From Octopus vulgaris (lineage: Eukaryota): a stretch of 64,000 nt of DNA. The notes beneath the pieces are model-generated. The model was not told the origin of the DNA. It made no database searches and saw nothing but the letters and a program-made list of their open reading frames with translations. Made by a program: the position numbers and the translations under genes. This document shows positions 25,788 to 39,703 of this stretch, piece by piece. How positions within the stretch are numbered: the stretch's first letter is position 1; each line of letters starts with the position of its first letter. The stretch spans positions 16,802,001 through 16,866,000 of the forward strand of contig OX597823.1 in assembly GCA_951406725.2 (NCBI GenBank), read 5' to 3'.

Positions 25788-26663
25788 TATTTAACTGAAA
25801 GCTAATATATTTAATGTAATAATCAAAAACAAATCTATCATCATTTAAAATTACTAATGTGATTTTAAAAAATTAATTAGTTTTATGACAAATGCTGTCA
25901 AAATTGAGAGAGACAATTTCAAGATTAAAATGGATAAAAAAATTGGAGAAATGCCATAGGAAGTGTGTCTGGTCATTGGTAAGTATGGGTGATAACTCTA
26001 GTTATGTTTTGGTCTTATTAGACCTCTTCATTGCACCATGACACAATATCATGAGAAAATGCACAAACCTTGCTTACGTTCATTTGGAGGGAAGTGAGGA
26101 ACTCTCTAAAGAAAGAAGGAGAAAACTGTAAGGGCCTTCTCCCATCATTCACTTGTATTCTATCACAGAATCATTACATGAGTGGACTTTTCACTTGGAA
26201 AATTTTCAAATATGATTTTCAGAGTTTATAATGACAAATTATTTCGCTAAATTCTTTATTATTTTCAAAGTAGATTTGAACAAAGAAGATTATTTGAATA
26301 GAAATATTATAAGAATAGGGTTAAACTCTTTCAGACATTTATGGTGCAAATTAAATTTAGACTTGAGTTTTGATAAAAGATTCCTCCCAGTTATAAAAAT
26401 CTTGTTTGAGAGGCATTAGCTAATATCCATAGCTAAAACAGCCATGACAGAACGTGACCCAGGCATTAGGTGGATACCATTCCAGTGATACTCTGAGAAT
26501 AATTAAAAAGTTTCTGTCCTCCAAATTCACTTGTAGAGTATTGGTTTGTCGGTCCAGGGCTATAGTGAGTTCATCAGTTCAGACTATGGTGTTGTGCAGC
26601 TGGACTGAATGTAATACCATGTGGTTGCAAGATGAAAAATTTACAAAAGATAAAAATAATTAC

Positions 26664-26705
26664 CTATTTGCATATGGTCAACTCCTGGATCAGGTTGGAA
26701 TTTCC
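26664..26705 (-). CDS. Gene A stalk exon (GKFQPDPGVDHMQI)
   Basis: aaaattttttag| acceptor, TAG|GTAATT donor, 42 nt. Only the phase 1 to 1 frame is open. Confidence 0.78.
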   Translation of the reverse strand, partial: GNSNLIQELTICK

Positions 26706-26977
26706 CTAAAAAATTTTTAAAAAAAGTAATGATAAAAAAATAAGTAAAAATTGACAAAAATATCTGTGAAACACTGAAACATTATTATTGACTTGAAAAG
26801 ACCGATGCTGTTTCTCAGTCATAAACTCCATGAACTTGGTGGCACCACTCAATCAGGAGGAAATTCTTGGACAAAAGAAATAACAGATGACAAGATCAAA
26901 TGATGGATAGATATCATCATCATCATCATCATTTGGATGTTCCCTTTTTCCACACTTGCATGGGGCAGGTCTCACTC

Positions 26978-27368
26978 CCATTGGAAGCACTCCGTCGGTT
27001 ACGACGATGAGGGTTCCAGTTGATCCGACCAACGGAACAGCCTGCTCGTGAAATTAACGTGTAAGTGGCTGAGCACTCCACAGACACGCGTACCTTTAAC
27101 GTAGTTCTTGGGGATATTCAGCGTGACACAAAGAGTGACAAGGCCGGCCTTTTGAAATACAGGTACAACAGAAACAGGAAGAAAGAGTGAGAGAAAGTTG
27201 TGGTGAAAGAGTACAGCAGGGATCACCACCATCCCCTGCCGGAGCCTCGTGGAGCTTTTTAGCTGTTTTCGCTCAATAAACACTCACAACGCCCGGTCTG
27301 GGAATCGAAACCGCGATCCTACAACCGCGAGTCCGCTGCCCTAACCACTGGGCCATTGCGCCTCCACT
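26978..27368 (-). repeat. SINE family 3 (gtggaggcgcaatggcccagtggttag...); other copies ~3454-3745(+), 55070-55330(-)
   Basis: tRNA-like head with A/B boxes, repeated copies. Confidence 0.8.
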
Positions 27369-27704
27369 CACTCCAATTAGACCTACCCTCAACAAACTTG
27401 CAATAACCACAACAAAAATATAAAACATCATGTGATCTTTATAAGGAAACTATATGAACTTCTACAACTGATTCTTATGAAAGTTTATCATTTTTTCATC
27501 TTTTCATTTCATTCCAGTATGAAGAGATCATCTTAAACAGCCAAAACCAAGACATATTTTCTTTCTGTTCCCCATTATAAAGTCCTTCCAACATTTACTC
27601 CTTTTCCTTATATTTTCAATACATATTTACATGTATGTATCTACTTAGCCTTATAGATATATAATTGATATTTACAGAAAAACAATACATACATACATAC
27701 ATAT

Positions 27705-30550
27705 CATCATCATTATCATCGTTTAATGTCCGTAGCATGGGTTGGACGGTTTGACCGGGGGCTGGGAAGCCAGGAGGCTGCACCAGGCTCCAGTCTGATC
27801 TGGTAGTGTTTCTACAGCTGGATGCCCTTCCTAATGCCAACCACTCCATGAGTGTAGTGGGTGCTTTTTACATCCCACTGGCTCAGGTATCACAACTACA
27901 ATTTCCATTTGATTTTTCGATATTGATGTACTTGACTCAATAGGTCTCCTCAAGCACAGCAGGTCGCCCTACGATCCAAGGTAAGCATAGCAGGCCGTCC
28001 TGCGATCCAAGGCACTTTGGAGGGCTGGGGCTTCTATGTGAAGCTGGTGCAGAAAACAGCCATGAACTTAGGTTATTTGTCAGGTCTTCGCAGTCACAGT
28101 ATATCTCCAGAGGTCTCGGTCTTTCGTCATTGCCTCTGTGAGGCCCAATGTTCAAAGGTCATGCTTGACCATATATCCCATGTCTTCCTGGGTCTACCTC
28201 TACCCCGGATTCCTTCAACTGTTTGGGAGTGGCACTTCTTCACACATCTCTCCTCATCCATCCGTAGTACATGACCATACCAGCGCAGACGTCTCTCTTG
28301 CATGCCACATCCAATGCTTCTTATGTCCAGCATTTCTCTCAGGGCACTTACACTCTGTTGTGTGTGCACACTGACATTACACATCCAGCAGATCATGCTA
28401 GCTTCATTTCTTTCAAGCCTACGCATGTCCTCTGCAGTCACAGCCCATGTTTCACTACCATGAAGCATGGCAATTCGCACACATGCGTTGTACAATCTAC
28501 CTTTCTGAGCAAGAGACCCTTTGTCACCAGTAGGGGTATAAGCTTTCTAAACTTTGCCCAGGCTATTCATATTCTAGTGGTGACACTCTCTGAGCATCCA
28601 CCTCCACTACTAACTTGGTCACCCAGGTAGCAGAAGCTATCAACCACTTCTAGTTTCTCCCCCTGGAGTGTGATGGAATCTGTTTTCTGAGTATCTGTGG
28701 TGTCTATTGCTCCTGTGCATCCGCCACACACGAAAGCTATCTTCTCGGTTAATTTTCCTTTGATGGTGCTGCACCTCTTATGTGTCCATAGCTTACACTG
28801 GGTACATCTTATGGAGTTTCTCCCTACACCTTTTCTAAAGATTGAGCAGGGCCACCTACCTGAGTGGGGTGTGATGAGTGTGCCTTCCTACTTACTATAA
28901 CTTTGGTCTTTGCTACATTGACTCTATGGCCTTTTGATTCTAAACTTAGCTTCCACAGCCAAAATTTCTTTTCTAGTTCCGGTGGTTATTCTGCTATGAG
29001 GGCCAGGTCATCAGCATATAGGAGCTCCCAGGGGCAACCCATCTTGAATTCCTCTGTTATTGCCTGGAGGACTATAATGAATAAAAGGGGACTGAGGGCT
29101 GAACCTTGGTGGGGCCCTACTTCTACCCAGAATTATTGACTATACTCATTGCCAATCCTAACCTTGCTAACGGCCTCTCTGTATAGGGCCTGTACAGCCC
29201 TTATTAACCATTCATTAATCTCCAGTTTCCACATCGTCCACCAGATAAGGGATCGGGGGACCCTGTCAAAGGCTTTCTCCAAGTCCACGAAAGTTATGTG
29301 GAGGGGTTTGTTTTTAGCTAGGTATTTCTCCTGCAGTTTTCAAACCAGGAATATGGCATCAGTGGTGCTTCTACCCGGCACAAAACCGAACTGCATCTCA
29401 TCTAAGCAGACTCTCTCCCTAATGAGATGGGCTATGACCCTCTCTGTGACCTTCATCCCCTGATCCAACAGCTTAATACCCCTGTAGTTATTTCTATCTA
29501 GAGCATCACCCTTACCCTTGTAGCAGTTGACTATGGTGCTGCTATGCCAGTCATTGGGTATGACTCCATTATGAACTGCATGGTTTACAATGCAGGTGAC
29601 TAAGCCAAAGCCCACACCACCAGATGTTTTAAGCATCTCAGCAGTGATTCCTGATGGGCCGGGGGCTTTTCCTGGCTTCATACCCTTAATTGCTTTATCT
29701 ACTACAGAGCTATCTATTGGGATATCTGGTCCCTCTACCGAGTCAACATTTGGCAGCCTCTCCTCCTCCCATTCATTCTCCACATTCAGCAGTCTCTCAT
29801 AATGGCTTCTTCAAGCCGCTTTCTTTTCAGAAACATTGAAAGCAAGTGCACCATCATCCATGCGGACACATTTCTCTCCTGTGAGATCACAATTTTCTCT
29901 CACACTGTCTAGCAATCCAAAATACCTCAGTTCTTTGGTCCTCACATCGCTGGACATTGGCAAACTTCTTCTTTTCTGCTTTGCCCTTGGCTATGTATAC
30001 CTACTGCCCAGCCTCCCTTTTGGCTACCTGGTACAGTTCCCTGCTACCCCCATCCTTCCAGGCCTGTTTCTTTGCTCTAATGGCTTTGTCTACTGCACTA
30101 TTCCACCACCACGTAACTCTAGGTCTGGAAGGGACTTTGCACCATCCGCAGACTTGGTCTGTGGCACTCAGCAAGCTGTCCCATAGGAATTTCCAGCTAT
30201 CTTCTATGTCCAACGTCTGTACTCCTCCTCCCTGACCATGTGAAGGGTTCTTCAGCTTCCAAATCCTTCTTTTCTGGATTGGTCTGCTTCTTCGTCTCCT
30301 TCTGGCCTTGAGCCTAAAGTCACTAATGACTAGCCTATGCTGGGGGGTACATTCTTCAACCGGGAGGATCTTTGCATTTAAGAGCAACCCTGCATCCCGC
30401 TGTCTGGTGAGTATGAAATCAATCTGGCTAGCAGAGTTCCCTGATTGATAGATTATAAGGTGGCTGTCTGGCTTCCTGAAGTTAGTGTTGCAGATTAAAA
30501 GGTTACATGCAATACAGAATCCCAGTAGCCTAGTTCCCTCATCGTTTCGG
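27705..30550 (-). mobile_element. 5'-truncated RTE-clade LINE (endonuclease remnant, RT, 3' UTR, (GAT)n tail)
   Basis: SQIDFILTR, KAPGPSGITAEMLK, NYRGIKLL, QFGFVPGRSTTDAIF, RRLRWYGHVLRM, GRGRPRKTW; frameshifted. Confidence 0.93.
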
Positions 30551-31789
30551 GTATATATATATATATATATATACAAATTGAGATAGGGGTTGTAAATGCA
30601 ACCCTCCATGGGATAACATATATCCAATATACTGCTAGTGAAGTACCCATATTTATATTTATATTTACTTATATTTATATTCTCTTATACATATTGTACT
30701 TATTGTATCACATTACTCCTTTATGTACACTGTTTTGTTCTACATTATTATGTTTGACGTTAAAGTCTCTTATGTGGTGGTTTAATAAAGCATATGATTG
30801 GATATTATCTGGTAATTGATATTTGATTTGGTTGTATTTCTCCATTTTCTTATTTTGTATATATATATATATATATATATAAAACAAAGTTATTTTATTC
30901 CAAACTGGTAGAAATATAGGAAAAATAGAAGTTGAAAATGTGCTGAGAAAAGTTTAAATATTTTTTGTTAATATATTTAAAGCTTTAACTGGTTTCACAG
31001 TTTAAAATGATTTACAAAAAAAAAATTCTAATGGAAAGATGTGGCTTATGTTGCAGGTGTCTTGCTTCTGACCAATGTTTGAGCTGGCAGAAACGTTAGC
31101 ACGCCGGGCGAAATTCTTAGCAGTATTTCGTCTGCTGCTATGTTCTGAGTTCAAATTCCGCCGAGGCCGACTTTGCCTTTCATCCTTTCGGGGTCGATTA
31201 AATAAGTACCAGTTACTGGGGTCGATATAATCGACTTAATCCAATTGTCTGTCCTTGTTTGTCCCCTCTGTGTTTAGCCCCTTGTGGGTAGTAAAGAATT
31301 TAAAAATTGTTTGAAGTTTGCCCTATTTTTATAGGGAGTTCATAGCGCAAATTAGTATATGTTTCTATAGAGTATAGTCACATGACTTGTCTTGGAAATT
31401 TTTGCAGGTTTCCTGCTACGTCTATGTGTTAATATCAAGTGACAATGTTTGGTGTCATGAGTAAAGGTTGACCGACATGGTTGACTGAAAAATGTCCAAA
31501 CAATCGATGCTCTGAAAGTTTTCTGTCAAATGTTTGTAGAATGAACACATGATTAAGTTTGTAACCTTTTGTATGTTTCCCACAGCACCCGTGTATTAGT
31601 GTCATGTGACAGTATATTTTGCACCTTAAAAGAAGGCCAACACGGTTGAGTGAACATGTTTAGTTATAATCAAGGCACTGTTTGGTAGGAGAGTGGACAG
31701 GAGTCATTTGTGTGTAGTCCAGTGGCTAAAGATTAGGTTGATGATAAGTTGCAGAATGAGTTTTGTGCATGAATAGTTATTTGTGGATG

Positions 31790-32060
31790 TACTCTGTTAA
31801 AGTTCGTTAAGTATTGGTTTGTACTTTATTATGAAAGTATTTTCTTCCTTTATCCGTGCTTCATCTGTGGTATTCATTGAACTCAGGTAGAATGGGAAGA
31901 CCTGGAATTTGGGAGACTTATTTTTTATACATTTATTTATGTGTCCACTCAGTGGAATCTGTCTAGTATTGGGAACTTGTATTTGTTATTGGTGTATGGT
32001 CAGTTTATTTCTTGTCTTTAGTATTTATTTTGTTTAAGGGTCAAATATTGTTCCAAGTCA
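31790..32060 (-). mobile_element. Penelope-like GIY-YIG C-terminal remnant
   Basis: RQIPLSGH..PKFQVFPFY...EENTFIIKYKPILN. Confidence 0.6.
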
Positions 32061-32468
32061 CTCCAGAATTGAATTTCAATTCTTTGAAATTTGAGATTTT
32101 CATAATTGTTCCAGAAGATAGAATATTCATAAGAAGAGAATGTGAAGGTGAGTGGCTGAGTGGTTAAGGGTTTCCACTAACAATTATAATGTTGTAGGTT
32201 TAATTTCTCAACAGGGCAGTATGTTGTGTCCTTGAGCAATGCATTCCATTTCTCATTGGATCAGTTTGCTCACCCGCAAATGTGTACCAGCTGAGTGATG
32301 GTGCAGATTTCTAACTCCAGCTGTCATGTCGATGAATCCAAGAGTCAAAAGGAGTCTACATTTTCTTATGACTTCATCAGCAATGAAAATGGTTCATTAA
32401 TGAAATCATGGTATCTGTTACCAAGAGACATTTGTATATGGGTGACAATTGGCTTGTTAACCATTTAC

Positions 32469-32523
32469 CATCTTTCCTCAGACATATTGTAATGGAATGA
32501 CTGGAATAAATATTCTCTTCAGT
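32469..32523 (-). CDS. Possible alternative or orphan gene A exon (TEENIYSSHSITICLRKD)
   Basis: gtgtttttgttag| acceptor, ATG|GTAAAT donor. Peptide resembles exon 3, but its phase-0 entry does not match the main exon 9 donor. Confidence 0.4.
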
Positions 32524-32644
32524 CTAACAAAAACACAGAACACCAAGAAAACAATTACATGAAGAACTCCAACTTGCTTTAAAGAATTTTTTACCATTTC
32601 CTTCCTGAAAAGTGGTTTTCTAAATGAAAAATACCAGCTCCACC

Positions 32645-32675
<31 letters not shown>

Positions 32676-33325
32676 TTAGCGTCCGCTTTCCATGCTAGCA
32701 TGGGTTGGACGGTTCAACTGGGGTCTGTGAAGCCGGAAGGCCGCATCAGGCCCAGTCTGATCTGGCAGTGTTTCTACGCCAACCACTCCGTGAGTGTAGT
32801 GGGTGCTTTTTACGTGCCACCCGCACAGGTGCCAGACGGAGCTGGCAAACGGCCACGAACGGATGGTGCTTTTACGTTCCACTGGCACGGGGGCCAGGCG
32901 AGGCTGGCAACGGACATGAACAGATGGTGCTTTTACAAAATATTTTTCCCCGCCATGAAAATGAAACAGAGTTTCTATCGCTATAATTCTTCTTTCGTTA
33001 TAGCACAATTCTTTTACTTGCTTCAATCATTGGACTGCAGCCATGCTGAAGTACTGCTTTGAAGGCTTAAAATGAAGAAATGAAGCCCAGTTGTGAACAC
33101 ATGGGGCAAGTCAAGGTGTGGGAAATAAACAGAAGGACACACACACACACACACACAAATGAAAGCTTAAAGATTTTAATTTTATTAAACATGACAGTCT
33201 GTTTTGCCTTTCTCCCACCCAATCCCAACCCACACAGCACCCACTATGAGTCTTAAATATTCCATCATCTGAAAATCTGCAACCATATGGCTCCAGGTTC
33301 AGTCCTTGGGCAAGGACACAGACAC

Positions 33326-33390
<65 letters not shown>

Positions 33391-33722
33391 TTGTTCTGCC
33401 ACTCTCCCACCCCACCCCACACACCATCCACTATGAATCTTAAGTATTCCATCACCTGAACTCTGCAATGGAAAATCCAAATGATTTTATCCTGCATTCT
33501 GGGACGTTACCAAGGAAGTCACTTCCTAACTGGATTTCTTCTGAGTTGCCTGTTCACTACATTATACACCCAACCATTTTATGTTTGTGTATATGTGATG
33601 AAAATATGTGTGTATGTCTGTCTCTGAATGTGTACATGTGTGCCTTCATTTCTACTGATGTTGATGTCTAACATTTAAAATACACAAAATGTAAACAAGA
33701 CGTGTTCCCATATACCACATAC

Positions 33723-33822
33723 CTGTTTTTACTGGAATATATTCTGTCACTAACTGATTCTTAACTTTGCTTTCTTCTTTTACATTGAAATTATGCTCCA
33801 CGTAATCATTCTTCACACTTAT
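33723..33822 (-). CDS. Gene A exon 9 (ISVKNDYVEHNFNV...YIPVKT)
   Basis: ctatcatttcag| acceptor, CAG|GTATGT donor. 100 nt, phase 0 to 1, same length and I(S/T)VKN start as exon 5. Confidence 0.85.
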
Positions 33823-35008
33823 CTGAAATGATAGATTTGAAATATTATTTACACAACTCAGCTGTTTTGAGTACTGATTCTGAGTTCCCTCAGTTCTTTG
33901 TGAAGGTGTTGATCTTATTCGTCCTAGCTCTCTCTATTTCTCTCTATGTTTTGTAGGGAAGAAACATTAAATTCTTTCCGTCTCCCACCTCCCTCCAAGT
34001 CAATCAATCAATCAAACAACCAATAATATTTATATCACACAGTTCAATATATAGATTCTACTGTCTGACTATTCTCCTGTCCAGAAATATCCATCAACAT
34101 GTGATTAGCATTTTTGATCCTAATTAACTCTGAACGTCAATCTGTAGTAGACACTCGTTTGTGAACTGCTTGAAAATGCACCTCATCACTAGGTACACAA
34201 ACCAGTGGCACAGGATATGAACTGTATCATTGAAATCCATCGATTAGATAAAAAGTCATTGTGTTCTGAACATACCTACCATTTCTTAGTCCCTTTATGC
34301 TAAATCCTTCTTTGAACAAGGAGTTAAAACACAGAGAACTGTAAATGAGTGCAAGAATTAAGAGAATGTCTCTCCATGCAACACTAATGGTAGAACATGG
34401 ATTTAGTAGTGCAGAGCAATAGAACAGTCAACAATTATACACAGCTCCCACTGCATGCAGTGGTAAGATGTAGCACTTAGGGGTACCTATTTATAGTAAG
34501 GTGGACTAAACTAGTGAGACTTTAACAGCACTGGAGATGAAGTTTTGATTAGTCACGTGAAAAGTGACACTTTGTGAAGGAAGAGTTTACTTTGAAACAA
34601 GTGACACCTTAATCGTCAATATCATCATCATTATCCACATCACCATCTCCACCACCACCATCATCATCATCATTATCCACATCACCATCTCCACCACCAC
34701 TATCATCATCATCATCATCAGATTGAAGTTTTGGGGGAATAAAGGAGAAAAGAGAGATAAAATTAACAAGATTGTGAGAAAAGACAGCACAGACTTGAAA
34801 GGTAATAGGATGGGTTATTTAGTGGTGGAGGGGCAGGTCAAGGGCTATCCATCATCATAAATATTTTCAGAAAAGATTTTCAAGTTGGCTCTACTAGTAC
34901 TTTGAACCCAGCCATTTTGAAATCTCAAATTCACTAACATAAATTACGCCATTTGCTTTCTTATCATCATTAGATATCTTAAAATGGGTGAATAAAATAT
35001 CATATTAC

Positions 35009-35235
35009 AGCATTGATTCTGATAGGTTTATCCAAAAAATTCAGTTTTAAGCCGGTTATTTTATCATCTTCATATGTCTTCAAATCGAAATGGTCAACAC
35101 AGTTATATCCATGTTTACAGAGATTTTGCCAAAATAAACCTCTAGAAAAAGAAGATAATGTTCCTTGAATTATTTCTACATAGAAAGCTTGCATATGTTC
35201 TTCTGGAGAAATAATTTCCAGATGCCAATTTGTAC
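35009..35235 (-). CDS. Gene A exon 8 (GTNWHLEIISP...KPIRINA), module 4
   Basis: tttttctttatttcag| acceptor, GCT|GTAATA donor, 227 nt, phase 1 to 0. GTNW mirrors the GTHW start of exon 4. Confidence 0.82.
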
Positions 35236-35348
35236 CTGAAATAAAGAAAAAAAATTTAATTACTCAATATGTGAGTGTGTGTGTGTCTGTGTATATATAT
35301 ATATATATATACACACACATATGTATATGTATATATATATATATATAC

Positions 35349-36036
35349 GCTTGAGAACCGATAGTGGTGTGTTTACATTTCTGTAATTAGTGGTTCGGCA
35401 AAAGAGACCATTAGAATAAGTACTGGGTTTACAAAGAATAAGTCCTGGGGTCGATTTTCTCAGCTATAGGTGGTGCTCCAGCATGGCCACAGTCAAATGA
35501 CTGAAGCAAGTAAAAGAGTATATATATATACGCTGTCTGACCTGTGCTAGCACGGAAAACGGACGTTAAACAATGATGATGATGATGATAATATATATAT
35601 ATATATATATAGGGAGATGTACTCGCATAGCAAGTGATTTGATCTGAGATCATGTGCTGAAACGAAATCAATTGCAGTGTGGAAGGTGTTTGTAAGCCAT
35701 TTAAGAAACACACAAAAGCCATTCGATTCACTTCAACATTAAAGTTTAATTTGTCAAAATATTTTCGTCGCTAAAATCTGCGACCTGTTCACTGACAAAA
35801 ATCCGTGCTGCATCTGAACTAACTGTTACTTTCTCAGATGCAGCACGGATTTTTGTCAGTGAACAGGTCGCGGATTTTAGCGACAAAAATATTTTGACAA
35901 ATTAAACTTAAATGTTGAAGTGAATCGAATGGCTTTTGTGTGTTTCTTAAATGGCTTACAAACACCTTCCACGCTGCAATTGATTTCGTTTCAGCACACG
36001 ATCTCAGATCAAATCACTTGCTATGCGAGTACATCT

Positions 36037-36081
<45 letters not shown>

Positions 36082-36320
36082 CATCATCATCATCATTGTT
36101 TAACGTCCGTTTTCCGTGCTAGCACAGGTCAGACAGCATATATATATATACTCTTTTACTTGCTTCAGTCATTTGACTGTGGCCATGCTGGAGCACCACC
36201 TATAGCTGAGCAAATCGACCCCAGGACTTATTCTTTGTAAACCCAGTACTTATTCTAATGGTCTCTTTTGCCGAACCGCTAATTACAGAAATGTAAACAC
36301 ACCACTATCGGTTCTCAAGC
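35349..36320. repeat. Near-perfect inverted duplication: ~470-bp arms, 16-nt spacer (35818-35833)
   Basis: Mirror-image arms with few substitutions and different (TA)n lengths; mirrored ORFs at 35429-35731(-) and 35920-36240(+). Confidence 0.95.
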
Positions 36321-38323
36321 GATGTTGGGGGGGCAATCACAGACACAACAAACATATAGACACATATATATATATATATATATACATATATGCGACGGGC
36401 TTCTTTCATTTTCCGTCTACCAAATCCACTCACGAGGCTCTGGTCGGCCCGAGGCTATAGTAGAAGACACTTGCCCAAGGTGCCATGCAGTGGGACTGAA
36501 CCCACAGCCATGCAGTTCGTAAGCAAGCTACTTACCACAAACCCAATATATATATGCACAAGTGAGACCATAACCTTGTGGCCTATGCCAAGGGTGTAAC
36601 CAGTTCACTTATGCGTGCCTTTTCTTCATTGGATGCTAAATTCTGCTTGTGAAGACCTGTTGAGACAAGCGAAATCAAAACCAAATTCAATGACTGACAT
36701 CTGTGCTAGTAGAGCGCTAAGAGTACCATATGAGTGAGATCGTTACCAGAGCAACAAGCTGATGGCACGTTACAAACACCATTCAAGTGTGATCATTACC
36801 TGCATCGCCTTACTAGCACTTGTACTGGTGGTATGTGAAAAAACATTCAAACAAGGTCGTTGCCAGTACCGCTGGTCTGGCTCCTGTGCAGGTGGCACAT
36901 AAAAAGTACCATTTGAGCGTGGCTGTTGCCAGTACCGCCTAACTGACCTCACGCCAGTGGCATGTAAAAGCATCCACTACACTCTTGGAGTGGTTGGCGT
37001 TAGGAAGGGCATCCAGCTGTAGAAACTCTGCCAGATCAGATTGGAGTCTGGTGCAGCCATCTGGTTTGCCAGACCTCAGTCAAATCGTCAAACCCATGCT
37101 AGTATGGAAAGTGGATGTTAAACGATGATGATGATGATGATAGATAGATAGATATACACTTATATATATATACATATATATATAATAAAGCTCAACATGT
37201 GTGTGCCTGTACATCTATAGGATGAATGGGAACAGAAGATACATAAAAACAAAGTGTTCTCCGGTAAAATTTTACAAGAAAGACAATGAGCTACATAAAA
37301 TTTACTTTCCATTGAGATTAGGGGGTTTAAAGTGGGGCAAACACCCCCTGTGAAATTTCAAATACTTCCGATTTCAGTGAAAATAACAACATAACTTCTA
37401 GGTAGTAAATAAAGGCAATTTCCAAAATTTCACCATCTTACAATATTATTTGACCCTACTAAAGGGGTTTATAACATGGGACAGAGCCCCTTTGAAAGTG
37501 CAAATACATCAACTTTTCATGGAAGGTACATAAAGTTTCAGTATGTGTTCTTGGAATAAGTTAAAAGTTCAACAATGCATATCTCATTCTAGACTTTGCA
37601 ACATAATTTTATGCATTAGAAAAAGAATATTTTAATAAGCAAAACATACTTCGTTTACAATATCACGGTCAGTCCAAACACCTGACTCATCAGTTGAGCA
37701 TATACCAATACAACGATCAACAGTGACTAGCTTTGTGTCTAAAGAATATATCATCATCATCATCATCATCGTTTAGTGTCCGCTTTCCATGCTAGCATGG
37801 GTTGGACGGTTCAACTGGGGTCTGTGAAGCCAGAAGGCTTCATCAGGCCCAGTCAGATCTGGCAGTGTTTCTACGGCTGGATGCCTTTCCTAACGCCAAC
37901 CACTCCATGAGTGTAGTGGGTGCTTTTTACGTGCCACCTGCACAGATGCCAGACAGAGCTGGCAAACGGCCATGAACGGATGGTGCTTTTATGTGCCACC
38001 GGCACGGGGGCCAGGCGAGGCTGGCAACGGACACGAACGGATGGTGCTTTTTACGTGCCACCGGCACGAGGCCAGTTGGGGCGGCGCTGGCAACGGTCAC
38101 GAACGGATGGTTCTCTTACGTGCCACCGGCACTGGTAACTCATCTGCAATTTCCATTGATCGATTTCGATTCTGATCCTCACTTGCCTCAACAGGTCTTC
38201 ACAAGTAGAGTTTTGTGTCCCAAGAAGGGAAGGTATGCATACGTAGGCTGGCTCTATCCCATGTAGCTGTTTTTTATCCATGTTTGACTTTTGTCATGTT
38301 TCACTTACATGTTAGCAAAAAAG

Positions 38324-38361
<38 letters not shown>

Positions 38362-38608
38362 GATTGGTTTAGTTGTTCAAAAAATTCTTACTTTCCAGTA
38401 GTCTGCATGAATATTTAGCAGGGATTGTCATGTGTATATTAGCACAACCATATTTTTCTCCAGTAAGTACTCTGGTCATGACAATCTGAAAAATTATGAA
38501 ACAACACACTTTAAGTTGATTAGTTTCATTGTATATTTAAATTAATGCAAACACCTACACTGATATAAGGGCAATCCTTGTCATTTTGAGCTTCATTTTT
38601 ATCATCAA

Positions 38609-38948
38609 CTAGCAGAATCGCCCGGCGTTGCTTGGGTTTGTAAGGGAGATAACTATATAAGCATTTTTAGAGATGTAAAGTATAATAGCCATCTCAATAT
38701 GGCTAACCACAAAGGGGGGGGGGGTCTTAATGTAGCTTAATGCATTAAAACTAAGAAAAAAAGGTGGTAAATTTTTTTTTAAATCGTAGACTCATCGTAG
38801 ACGCGCGCTAATACCCAGAAGGGCTCGATATGAATCGCTACTATAAGATACCCGCTTTTGGTTACACTGCACTGTAAAATGTGGGAGTAGTTAGGAATCT
38901 AAATCGTAGGAGACAGACAGCACACAACCTCACTTTTATATATAAAGA
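38609..38948 (-). mobile_element. Non-autonomous Helitron-like element
   Basis: Minus strand starts TC and ends CTAG, between host A and T, with a GC-rich subterminal segment; second copy at 59966-60363. Confidence 0.7.
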
Positions 38949-39678
38949 TATTTCACCAAAAAATTCTGTCGTTTTTATTGCATCGATCATTTTGTTTCTG
39001 TGAGATAATGTAATTCTGTTCCATGTTTAATTAAACTTGTACAAGATAATGATTAAAATTTAAACTGTAAAATAATTATTCGTTAAATATGGTCACATGC
39101 AATTATATATTTTTCAACACTGTTTGATGTGACTCAAGTTATTTATTCTAGCTTGGCTAAGCTTAATGTGCATCAGTAAATGTAATATTTATTGTTATCT
39201 GAACAGGGCTGTGAAAGACGAATATTAGTAACTGATGACAAGCAAGGACACAGAAATGCATGCATCCTAGCCCAATGGGTTTTCACACATTTTTCTGTGA
39301 GGAGGATTTATTCACTGGATTATTTCCATAGTGAAAGGTCTTCCCACATCCAAGTGCACCCAAATGTGCTTAATATAGTTCTCCATGATTATAATTTATT
39401 TAATTTTACATTTTGCAACAAAAATGTACTCCATCCAGTGAGAGATATATATCATTTACTATAGACATGACATAAATTGAAGTTAATATTAGTTTTATGC
39501 AGTGAAAACACAATTATTGATCAGGCTCATATAGAAAACCATGCACTTTCAAGCAACCTTTTGCTCTTTAATATACAACAGGGCTGGTCATTTTTCGAAA
39601 AAAACAAGCAAGTACAGTACTTATATCTAAAAGGGATATGAGAGCTTTCAGCTAAACAAAGCCTGCATCTCTACTCAC

Positions 39679-39703
39679 CTAAGTTCAGGATGTGGCATTT
39701 TCG
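39679..39703 (-). CDS. Gene A 25-nt micro-exon (RKCHILNL)
   Basis: gtttatttttag| acceptor, TAG|GTGAGT donor. Phase 0 to 1, exactly what is needed between exons 6 and 8. Confidence 0.7.
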
